Assembly (NCBI GenBank): GCA_965248445.1
Contig: CBDFJG010000004.1
Span: forward strand, 352,001 to 416,000
DNA from: Planctomycetota bacterium
Lineage (GTDB): Bacteria; Planctomycetota; JAJSAM01; JAJVHW01
Reading direction: 5' to 3'
Length of the DNA: 64,000 nucleotides
Shown here: in pieces, positions 38,643 through 47,189 of the stretch
Layout: each line of letters starts with the position of its first letter
Numbering within the stretch: position 1 is the stretch's first letter
Notes under the pieces: model-generated
Database searches by the model: none
Told to the model about the DNA's origin: nothing
Seen by the model: only the letters and a program-made list of their open reading frames with translations
Position numbers and translations under genes: made by a program

Positions 38643-41318
38643 CTAGTCTCGAAATGTGTCGTTTGCTCGGAAACCGAAGTTCTGCGTCCAGTGACGGCCA
38701 CTGCGGCCCGTTCCCATCTCGCGCCACGCAGGCATCAGGATATTGCGGTGGTGCCCAGAACTGTGGATCCAGGAATTGTGGGCACCGCGCGGATCACCGG
38801 AGCCCATGTGGATGTTCTCGGACGCCCCCATCATCGGGTATCCGGCCGCCTGCACGCGGTCCGACGGCGACCGCTTGCCGGGCACCGGCGAGAAGTGATC
38901 GAAGAACCCGAGTCGAGCCATGTCCTCGGAGTGTCCGCGCGCTGCCAGGGTCAGTTGATCCTGGATCTTCACGGCCGGTCGGTGGCCGAACATGATCCGG
39001 TACTCGTTGGTGATCTCGGCCTGTCGGCGCTCGTCGTCGGTGGCGACCGTGTCGGTGATCTTGTTCTCCGCCATCATCCGGTCGTTGTACTCGTGCAGCG
39101 CCAGGTCCGCCGGGGTCTCGAAGTAGTTCTTCACCGTCACTTGGCGGTCCAGGTACTGCTCCACGGTGTCGATGCGATCCATCAGGGCCTCGACGTCGCC
39201 GCCCAGGTAGTCGATCTCGATCTCGAGATCCTCCGCCTCGCTGAGCATCCCATCCATCTTGCTGTCGCGCTTGGGCCGCGCCTTCGCCTTGTGATCCCAC
39301 GCCTCACGTACCGCCTCGACGCGATTGTCCACCTCGCGCGATACCGGGTCGTACTCCCTCCGCCGGTCGCGGTAGGGATAGAAGTACTTCACCTCGTCGA
39401 AGATCAGTTCGAGCGCATGGTTACGCGCCTTCTCGAGCGCCGCGAACCCCTTGCGTACCTTGTCGATCGACTTCGCCTGAGGCGTGCTCTCGACCTTCTC
39501 GACGAGCTTCGTGAGCGACGCGGTCATCTCGACGATCTTCTTGGCGTTCTGGATCGCCTTCCACTCGTCGTAGGTGATGATCTCGGAATCGATCTCGGGA
39601 TGCGCGACGTAGCCGCCGTCCGGCAGCGGCCGTCCGTGCAGCCGTGCGTGCACCTCGGATGCGTCGCCGATCAGGGCATCGTCCTCCGTCAGCAGCGCCA
39701 CGCGCATCGCCTGGACATAGGCGTCCCGCAGCCCGACGTCAAAGAGCAGCAATGCGGCCCAGAGGCTGTCGCGCCCCGAGAGCTCCGCGCGTCCGAAGAG
39801 GTGGCCGAGCACGTCGGCGGGCACCTCGACGATCGAGCGCGCCGTGTGCTCCTTGCCCTTCGAGAGCAGCAGTGAGTCCGCGGTTGCGCCAACGACCCTC
39901 CACTTCCCGTCGGACAACTTGATCGGCGTGAAGGGCCGCGGGTTCTCCTGGACTGCTGCGAGAACGGTGCGCAACACCTCCGCCTCGGCGCGCAGGTCGT
40001 CGACTCGCGTGCGCATCTCGCCGAGCAGCGTCGCGTCGGTGATCTCGGACGCGGCGCCCTCGAGCCGCTCGGCCGCCTCGGAGAAACGGCGTTGCCGCGC
40101 GGTTTCCTCCGCGGAGGCGAGGGCACGCAGCGCGAGCGCCCGCATCCGCGTGGACGACGAGCCCGCCGCGCCGCGCTTGACGGTGACCGTGACCCCACCG
40201 GACTCGAGCCCGAGCGCCCCGGAGCCAGCACGCATCCACACGTCCCAGCCGGTCCCGCGCAGGTTCTCGACGGACTTCGCGATCAGCTCCTCCGCGGCAC
40301 CGCGCCGGCCTTCCTGCACCAGCCCCTTCGCCTGCGCGAGCGCCTGCTCGTAGGCATCGTGCGCCAACTGGGAGATCTCGTCCTGCCGGCGAGCGAACGC
40401 GCGCTCTTCCTCGCGTGTCAGGGTCGGCCGGCGGGCGAGCCAGCCGTTCCAGAGATCGAGTGCATCGCCGAGCCGGCCCTCCTCGAGCGCGCGCTTCGAC
40501 TCCGCCTCGGTGTTCGCGGCGTCACGCGTCGCGCTCTTGGCGCCGTCGTCGGCAAGCCGGATCAGAAGCCGCGCGATTTCCGCGGCCGCATCGGGATTCC
40601 CGCCGTGGCGGTCGAGCAACTCGGAGAGACGCGAACGGCGCGCCGCCGCCGGCGTGGCGTCCCAGCTTCCGCGCAGGTTCGACAGCGCCGTGCGCCAGGA
40701 GTCGTCGGATACAGGAGAGTTCGAGCCGTCTGCCTCTCGCCCCGCCGCGAGGATGCGCCGGGCGCGGTCGCCCTCCGCGCCCTCGGGCAGCTTCGCGAGC
40801 GCGCCGGCTATCTCCGATGCGCGCGCGTCCGGTTCGCCTTCGAGGTCCAGCCGCGAGACGGTGTCGCGCGCGAACGCTACCCACTGATCCGCCCGAGAGC
40901 CCTCGGACTGCGCCTGCCACGCGCCGAGCGCGAACCACGCGGCGATGCCGAGGACGGCAGGCAACGCGAACATCCCGAAAGGCGGCTTCTTGACGCGGCG
41001 GCGGCGCACGCGACGAGGGCGCGGCATGTCCACGTCTGCGACGTACTGGATGACCGTCTCACCGATCTCGATCTCGTCGCCCGGCTGCAGCCGCGCCGAC
41101 AGGACGGGCTGGCCACCGAGGAACGTCCCGTTGCTCGAGCCGAGGTCGAAGACCTTCCAGCCTTCTGCACACGGCCGGAACTCGCAGTGCCGGCGGCTGG
41201 CGCGCTGTTCGTCCAGGACGATGTCGCTCTCGTCGGAACGTCCGAACGAAACGGGATCGGAACCGAGGGGCACCTGCCGCCCGGAGCCGTCCGCTGCCAC
41301 GATGTAGAGTTCGGCCAT
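38643..41318 (-). CDS. FHA domain - TM - helical region - CAP (SCP) domain protein
   Basis: FHA 'FGRS...ASRRHC...DLGSSNGT'; TM; CAP 'NEYR...AARGHSEDMA..GFFDH...SENI...WIHSSGHHRNIL...WTQNFG'. Confidence 0.9.
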   Translation of the reverse strand: MAELYIVAADGSGRQVPLGSDPVSFGRSDESDIVLDEQRASRRHCEFRPCAEGWKVFDLGSSNGTFLGGQPVLSARLQPGDEIEIGETVIQYVADVDMPRPRRVRRRRVKKPPFGMFALPAVLGIAAWFALGAWQAQSEGSRADQWVAFARDTVSRLDLEGEPDARASEIAGALAKLPEGAEGDRARRILAAGREADGSNSPVSDDSWRTALSNLRGSWDATPAAARRSRLSELLDRHGGNPDAAAEIARLLIRLADDGAKSATRDAANTEAESKRALEEGRLGDALDLWNGWLARRPTLTREEERAFARRQDEISQLAHDAYEQALAQAKGLVQEGRRGAAEELIAKSVENLRGTGWDVWMRAGSGALGLESGGVTVTVKRGAAGSSSTRMRALALRALASAEETARQRRFSEAAERLEGAASEITDATLLGEMRTRVDDLRAEAEVLRTVLAAVQENPRPFTPIKLSDGKWRVVGATADSLLLSKGKEHTARSIVEVPADVLGHLFGRAELSGRDSLWAALLLFDVGLRDAYVQAMRVALLTEDDALIGDASEVHARLHGRPLPDGGYVAHPEIDSEIITYDEWKAIQNAKKIVEMTASLTKLVEKVESTPQAKSIDKVRKGFAALEKARNHALELIFDEVKYFYPYRDRRREYDPVSREVDNRVEAVREAWDHKAKARPKRDSKMDGMLSEAEDLEIEIDYLGGDVEALMDRIDTVEQYLDRQVTVKNYFETPADLALHEYNDRMMAENKITDTVATDDERRQAEITNEYRIMFGHRPAVKIQDQLTLAARGHSEDMARLGFFDHFSPVPGKRSPSDRVQAAGYPMMGASENIHMGSGDPRGAHNSWIHSSGHHRNILMPAWREMGTGRSGRHWTQNFGFRANDTFRD

Positions 41319-41420
41319 CGCTTCTCCGCCCGCCCGCGTTCCCGTGCCGTCGCCATGCTCACGGTCGTACGGGCGCCGGTCAACTCATCGGCGGTGCCTG
41401 GCGCGCAATCGAGGGTCCGA

Positions 41421-43994
41421 TCAGTCGAATTCGGCCCGCACGGTCTCGCCGTCCTCGACCTCCACCACTCGCCGCTCCCGGTCGGCACCCTCCCGCTGGA
41501 CCGTCACGGTGACCCTGCCCGCCGGGACTCCTTCCAGCCGCAGCGCGCTGCGGCCCTCCTCTAGACGGAAGCGGGCGTTCTGGAAGTCCCCCCCCTCGGC
41601 CCAGGCGTAGCACGCGGACCCATCCGCGCGTTCCAGTCCGACGATCACGCCGTCACCAGGCGGGCTCTCGAACTGCACGTCCAGTGCGCCGTGCGCCGGG
41701 ATGCGCAGCTCCAGCAGCTCGTCTGAGTCGTCGGGCAGGCGAAAACGCGCTTCGACGGCCGGCACCCCGATCCTCATGACGCGTGCTCGCCACTCGCCGG
41801 CCTCGAGACCGATCAGTCGCGCCCTGCCGTCCTCCCCGGTGACGAAGTTCTGTGGCACGCCGCCGGATACACGGCGCGCGCGAATGAGCTGTCCGCTCAC
41901 CGGATCGCCGGCCGACGTCAGGACGACCGCGTGTAGCAAGCTCCGCTGCGTGAGTTCGACGGTCACCGGTGGCCGTTCTCCGTCCGGCACATCCAGCTCT
42001 TCGATGCGCCCACCGTAGAGTCCGGCGCGAACCGAGACCTCGTACCGGCCGCGACGCACGACGCGGAATCGTGCTCGCCGTTGGTCGTCGTCCACCGCCA
42101 CGTCCTCGCGTCGCACGTCTGCCGCTGGGTCCGCGAGCGATCGCAGGAGCACGATCGCCGGCACCGGCTCGACGCCTGCGGGGAAGACGACGTCCACGAG
42201 GAGACTCGCGGGCCGCGACGCCCTGAGCACGACACTCTCGTCGCCTGCGTCGATCGTCGTGCTGAGCACTTCGTACCCGCGGACGTTGGCGAATATCGTG
42301 TACTTGCCGGCCGGCAGCTCCGCGATGCGGAACGTACCGTCGGATTCGATCTCCACGGTGCGCTCCAGGCGATCGAAGCCTGCGCCGCTCCACCCGCGCG
42401 CCGTGACGACGCCCGGACGGACGACACGCTCGCCCGCGACGTCGACGACGTGTCCTGCAATTGGCCGCCCCGGCGCGAGCCGGATGTCAAAGAGCAAGTC
42501 GCCACTTGCGCCGAACTCACGCACGAACCTCGTGCCCTCAATCTCGAAGGTGGCCTCGCCGCTGACGCCGGCCGGGAGACGGTGGCTCTCGAACTCCCCG
42601 GCCGCGCTTGTCACCGCCAGGCGAGCGGTCGGCACCCCCAGCGCGAGGGCCTCGTGATCCGTGAGCCCTGCTGCCGTCCACCTCATGTCGACCGGCACGT
42701 GCACAACGTGAGCGCCGGATGCACGTTGCACGACTCCGCGCACAGACCGCTCCCCCGCCAGCACCAGCTCCACATCGTCCAGGTCGGCCTCGACGGTCAC
42801 GCCCGCGGAGTAGCCGAGACCGCGGCGATGGGCGGCGATGACCGGGTGAGACTCCGCGTCGACCCACGGCTCGGGCAGCCACGACAGATCGAAGCGCCCG
42901 TCCGCGTCGGTGAGCGGTCCGACCATCCGCTCGATGGACCGGCCCTCGTTTCGCGCGGCGGCGTGGATCCGCGCGTCGGCCACCGGCGCGCCGTGCTCGT
43001 CGACGACCCGCCCGGTGACGCGTCGCGGCGCGACGACTCGCACGTCGACGTCCCCCGCCACGGGCAGCCGCACCGAACGCCAGCCGAATCCCTCGGCGAA
43101 CGCGCCGACCCGACCGAACCGCGGCGCGACGAGTTCGAAGTGGCCGTTCTCGTCGGTCACCGTGTGCAGCCACGGCTGCAGCATGTGGATGACGACGGCG
43201 CCCGCGACGCGTCGCTCGGTGCGCGCGTCGACGACCGTGCCACGGATCGGCTCGTAGTGCGGCGCGACGATGTCGACGCTGCTCTGGTCGCGCGGCACGA
43301 ACGCGAGGAGCGCTGCCAGACTCGGCCGCCGGCCGAAGATGGAGACCGGCCCCATGGGCACGCTGGCTTGGAACCGGCCGTCCTCGTCCGTCACTGCCTC
43401 CGCGAAGAACCCGAGGGTCTCTATGAGCAGCGTCTCGCCGGCGAGAGGCGGGCCGTCGACGGCGTTCCTCAAGCTGCCGACAAGGTCGAAGCTCGGCAAA
43501 ACTCCGAGCTCCAAGTGTCCGTCCTGAAGTTGGACGATGCCGGGGACACGCGATGCAGCGCCCCCGTACACGGGCGCGTGTCTGGCGGCGGTCGCGCGTA
43601 GCACCCAACCGGTCGCCGGGCCCGGTCCGACGCGGAACCGACCCTCGGCGTCCGCGACCGTGCTGGCAACCGGAACGAGAGGGAGGCCGTAGTGCGGCGC
43701 CGATGCGAACAGCTCGACCGTCGCTCCGGCCGCGGGACGAATCGCGGGTTGCCCAGCGACGGCCGGCGGATCGGCCGTCTCGCCTCCCCCCTGCAACAGT
43801 TGGACCGTACCGGTGCGATATGAGTCGAACTCCGACGGATCGAAGACGCGCTCCCACTCCGCGGTCCCGAGCACCCCCGGATCCACGGTCGCGGTGAGCG
43901 GGCGAGGCTCGCCGCTGCAGCCGGCGGCAGCAGCCACCACGGCGAGGACGAACGGAATCGCGATCCGGTGCGGGCGCGCACGGTCTGGACGCAT
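41421..43994 (-). CDS. Lipoprotein with multiple carboxypeptidase-regulatory-like domains
   Basis: 'VVAAAAGC' lipobox; repeated 'GRVVDEHGAPVADA...TDADGRF' units. Confidence 0.8.
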   Translation of the reverse strand: MRPDRARPHRIAIPFVLAVVAAAAGCSGEPRPLTATVDPGVLGTAEWERVFDPSEFDSYRTGTVQLLQGGGETADPPAVAGQPAIRPAAGATVELFASAPHYGLPLVPVASTVADAEGRFRVGPGPATGWVLRATAARHAPVYGGAASRVPGIVQLQDGHLELGVLPSFDLVGSLRNAVDGPPLAGETLLIETLGFFAEAVTDEDGRFQASVPMGPVSIFGRRPSLAALLAFVPRDQSSVDIVAPHYEPIRGTVVDARTERRVAGAVVIHMLQPWLHTVTDENGHFELVAPRFGRVGAFAEGFGWRSVRLPVAGDVDVRVVAPRRVTGRVVDEHGAPVADARIHAAARNEGRSIERMVGPLTDADGRFDLSWLPEPWVDAESHPVIAAHRRGLGYSAGVTVEADLDDVELVLAGERSVRGVVQRASGAHVVHVPVDMRWTAAGLTDHEALALGVPTARLAVTSAAGEFESHRLPAGVSGEATFEIEGTRFVREFGASGDLLFDIRLAPGRPIAGHVVDVAGERVVRPGVVTARGWSGAGFDRLERTVEIESDGTFRIAELPAGKYTIFANVRGYEVLSTTIDAGDESVVLRASRPASLLVDVVFPAGVEPVPAIVLLRSLADPAADVRREDVAVDDDQRRARFRVVRRGRYEVSVRAGLYGGRIEELDVPDGERPPVTVELTQRSLLHAVVLTSAGDPVSGQLIRARRVSGGVPQNFVTGEDGRARLIGLEAGEWRARVMRIGVPAVEARFRLPDDSDELLELRIPAHGALDVQFESPPGDGVIVGLERADGSACYAWAEGGDFQNARFRLEEGRSALRLEGVPAGRVTVTVQREGADRERRVVEVEDGETVRAEFD

Positions 43995-44068
43995 GGCAGG
44001 CGAGACTCCTCCATCCCCACCTGTGCCCGACACCGGTGGTTGGACGAGCGAAGGAGTTCGAAGGCGCA

Positions 44069-46018
44069 TCACTCTTCGGGGTCCCGCGTGATCTCGAACC
44101 GCTTGATTTTCGCGTCGAGCGTGGGTCGAGAGACCTCCAGGAGGCGGGCGGCCTCGGCCTTCTTCCATCCGGCCCGGCGCAGAGCGGCCAGCACCGACCG
44201 CCGCTCGACGAGATCCACCGCCTCCTGGACGACTTCCCGCAACGGCCGCACTCCGGCCGACGCCGCAGCAACCGGCACGCTGACGTCACGGACCCCGGCG
44301 GAGAGCACCTCGGGGATGATCACGTTCCCGGAGAGCGCGACGGCGCGCAGGACCTCGTTGCGCAGCTGCCGAACGTTGCCCGGCCAGGCGTACCCGACCA
44401 GAAAGGCCAGCGCGTCGTCCGTGATCGTCTTGGGACCGTGGTCGCCCGCCTGCTGAGCGAGGAAGTGAATGACGAGATCCGGGATGTCCTCCGGCCGGTC
44501 GCGGAGAGGTGGGAGCCGCACCTCGAGAACGTGAATACGGTAGTACAGGTCGCGCCGGAACGTGCCGTCTTCCACCATGCCCGCCAGGTCGCGGTGCGTC
44601 GCGGAGAGCACGCGCACGTCCACGGTGACGGTGTCCTTGCCACCGACGGGCCGCAGCTCCCCCGTTTCGAGCACACGCAGGAGTTTCACCTGCGTCGCGA
44701 GCGGAAGGTCGCCGATCTCGTCGAGGAAGAGGGTCCCGCGATCCGCCAGTTCGAACAGACCGGTGCGCTCGCGGTCCGCCCCGGTGAACGCACCGCGAAC
44801 GTGCCCGAACAGAGCGCTCTCGAGAAGTGACTCGGGGATGGCGGCGCAGTTCTCGGTGACGAACGACTCCGCCGCGCGCGGTCCGTTCACGTGAATCGCA
44901 CGGGCGACCAGCTCCTTACCCGTGCCGCTCTCGCCGAGGATCAGCACGGGCATCGACGTGTCGGTGACGTGATCCACAAGGCGCAGCACCTCGCGCATGG
45001 CCGCCGAGCGTCCAACGATGTTCTCGTACTCGTACTTGAGCGGCCGGTCGCCGCGATCGCGCAGCAGAGTCCGCACCTCATCGAGCTCCCGCTGCTGACG
45101 ATCGACCCTCTCCTCGAGAAGACGGTTCAGCTCCTCGATGCGCTCGTGACTCCGTTCGAGTTCCGCCGTGCGCTCGCGCAGCTCCGCCACGAGTCGCATG
45201 TCCTCGAGCGCAACAGCGGCCTGGTCGGCGAATGCGGCGACGTACCCGACGTCGCTGTGCTGGAACGTGCCCTCCTCGAAGCGGTGGTCGACGTACAGGA
45301 AACCGAGGAAGCGTCCGCGCGCCGCGAGCGGCACGCACAGCACCGAGCGCAGCTTCATCCCGGTGACGCTCTTGGACCCGCGCAGCCGCGCGTCCGCCTG
45401 GGCATTCGTCGTGAGCAGTGGCTTGCCGGTGCGGGCCACCTCGTCCGCCACGGCGCGGCTGATCTTGAGACCCGGCCGGCGCACGTTCTCCCGGTCCAGA
45501 GTTCGCGCGGCGACCATCTCGAACTTTGCGTCCTTGCGCAGGATCAGGAAGCCGCGTTCGGCGCCGGTCAGCGAGATCACTTGATCCACGATCAGCGAGA
45601 GCAGCTTCTTGACGTCCGTCTCGCTCGCGAGCGCGCGCAGCGTCGTCGTGAGGCGAGTCAGGTCTTCAGCGGCCGAGCGCGACGACGGCGGCGGTGCGAG
45701 CGCCTTGCTCGCCGCCACGGGCGAACCGGTCTCCTCGGGATCGTCCTCGAACACGATCGTCGCCGGGCCGACCGAGATGCGGTCGCCGTGCTTGAGCCGC
45801 CGCGACATGAAGCTCTTGCCGTTGACCAGGGTCGACCGCGCACCGCCGTCGCGGACGCGCCAGCCGGCCCGGCCTTGCTCGATCGTGCAGTGCTTGGACT
45901 CCACGTTCTTGCCGGTGACGTGGACATCCGATCCGCGGGCCGAGCCGACGCGCACGGGCTTGTCGGTCAGCGCGAGATGCCGCTCGCCGTCGGAACTCTC
46001 AATCACCAGTCGAGGCAC
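44069..46018 (-). CDS. Sigma-54 enhancer-binding protein (FHA-like - GAF - AAA+ - HTH)
   Basis: 'GESGTGKE', 'GAFTGA', 'LFLDEIG', 'WPGNVRQL', Fis-type HTH; GAF 'LRSVLCVPL'; degenerate N-terminal FHA. Confidence 0.93.
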   Translation of the reverse strand: MPRLVIESSDGERHLALTDKPVRVGSARGSDVHVTGKNVESKHCTIEQGRAGWRVRDGGARSTLVNGKSFMSRRLKHGDRISVGPATIVFEDDPEETGSPVAASKALAPPPSSRSAAEDLTRLTTTLRALASETDVKKLLSLIVDQVISLTGAERGFLILRKDAKFEMVAARTLDRENVRRPGLKISRAVADEVARTGKPLLTTNAQADARLRGSKSVTGMKLRSVLCVPLAARGRFLGFLYVDHRFEEGTFQHSDVGYVAAFADQAAVALEDMRLVAELRERTAELERSHERIEELNRLLEERVDRQQRELDEVRTLLRDRGDRPLKYEYENIVGRSAAMREVLRLVDHVTDTSMPVLILGESGTGKELVARAIHVNGPRAAESFVTENCAAIPESLLESALFGHVRGAFTGADRERTGLFELADRGTLFLDEIGDLPLATQVKLLRVLETGELRPVGGKDTVTVDVRVLSATHRDLAGMVEDGTFRRDLYYRIHVLEVRLPPLRDRPEDIPDLVIHFLAQQAGDHGPKTITDDALAFLVGYAWPGNVRQLRNEVLRAVALSGNVIIPEVLSAGVRDVSVPVAAASAGVRPLREVVQEAVDLVERRSVLAALRRAGWKKAEAARLLEVSRPTLDAKIKRFEITRDPEE

Positions 46019-46077
46019 GGGCTCAACCCTACCGCGCAGCGCGCGATGCCGTAGTTCGGTGACTGCTGTTGGGGCAG

Positions 46078-46527
46078 CTAGGGCGCGCAGCACGCGTCGC
46101 CGCGGGGCGGCGTCGCGCCCGGCCGGCAGGCGTCCGCCATCGGCAGCGTCGTCCGGAGGTCGTGATTGAGGTGGTAGATCTCCCACTGCACGCCGTCCGG
46201 GTCAGTGGCCCAGAACTTGTTCGAGTTCGCATGGCAGCAGTCGACGCCCATCTCGACGCGGACGGGGAGACCGGCCGCACGCACGCGCTCGAGCTCCCTG
46301 GTCACGATCTGCGGCGCATCGACCTGGATGCCCACGTGGTCGACCGCGGCGGGCCGGTCGCGGCCGTCACCCTCGGTCATTGCCAGGTTCACCGGCCCGA
46401 GCGCCGGCAAGAACTTCACGTAGCCGGGCCTCACCTTGACCGGTGGTTCCCCGAAGAGCGCCTCGTAGAACACCCGGCTCGCCTCGATGTCCCGGACGCG
46501 CAGGTGGATGTGGACGTTGGCTGTCAT
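46078..46527 (-). CDS. ArsI/CadI family VOC metalloenzyme (organoarsenical C-As lyase-like)
   Basis: 'HIHLRVRDIEASRVFYEALFG..PVKVRPGYVKF', 'DCCHA..NKFWATDPDGVQWEIY', C-terminal CC; downstream of arsR. Confidence 0.88.
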   Translation of the reverse strand: MTANVHIHLRVRDIEASRVFYEALFGEPPVKVRPGYVKFLPALGPVNLAMTEGDGRDRPAAVDHVGIQVDAPQIVTRELERVRAAGLPVRVEMGVDCCHANSNKFWATDPDGVQWEIYHLNHDLRTTLPMADACRPGATPPRGDACCAP

Positions 46528-46544
46528 GGTCTCTCCGATCGTGT

Positions 46545-46844
46545 TCAGCAACAGGCGGTGAGCAGCCGGACCAGCGGCGTGACCGCATCCCGCCGCACCG
46601 CGTAGTAGACGTGACGCTCTTCTCGGCGGCGCGCGAGCAGCCCGGCCCGCGTGAGCTGATCGAGCTGGTGCGAGAGCGTGGGCGCCGGCACATCCAGTGC
46701 TTCCGCCAGGTCTCCCGCCGCGACGTCTCGCCGCGCTCGCACCAGATGGAAGAACGCCCGCAGCCGTCCCTCGTGGGCGAGCGCCTTGAGCGCGTTCACG
46801 TGAGCGGCGGTGACCCGGGGCGCCGTGCGCCTGAGTTGTTTCAT
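46545..46844 (-). CDS. arsR: ArsR/SmtB family repressor with C-terminal Cys pair
   Basis: 'LKALAHEGRL', 'APTLSHQL..L..AGLL', ends 'LLTACC'. Alternative start at 46856. Confidence 0.88.
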   Translation of the reverse strand: MKQLRRTAPRVTAAHVNALKALAHEGRLRAFFHLVRARRDVAAGDLAEALDVPAPTLSHQLDQLTRAGLLARRREERHVYYAVRRDAVTPLVRLLTACC

Positions 46845-46896
46845 GTTTTCGAACATACGAAATCCTCGCGGGCCGTGTCAAGGACCTCCCCCAGCG

Positions 46897-47187
46897 TCAT
46901 TCGTGCTTCTGCGACCGATGGTGGCGCAACTCTCCGGCGATGAGACCCGCCGCGCCGGCGCCCGCAATCGCCAGGCTTACGACGATCGGGACCACAACCT
47001 CCCAGCGAACCGTGATCGTGAGGCTCCCGAACTCCCACCTCCGCGGATCGGGATCGTGGGACATGATTGAGGCCAGGACCACGCCGAAGAAGACCGCGCA
47101 ACCGAGGATGATCAGCGCGCCTCCCACGATTCCCGCGACCCCCCAACCGTCGGAACGGACGCGGCGGGGAGGGACCGGGCGCCCCAC
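46897..47187 (-). CDS. Small two-TM hypothetical protein
   Basis: Two hydrophobic helices; GTG 2 nt after the upstream stop. Confidence 0.5.
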   Translation of the reverse strand: MGRPVPPRRVRSDGWGVAGIVGGALIILGCAVFFGVVLASIMSHDPDPRRWEFGSLTITVRWEVVVPIVVSLAIAGAGAAGLIAGELRHHRSQKHE

Positions 47188-47189
47188 GC

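Noticed and set aside
46545..46547. TGA after 'CC' in ArsR as a second Sec site
   Set aside because: ArsRs of this type naturally end near the CC, arsI is in a different frame, and no SECIS-like hairpin follows.
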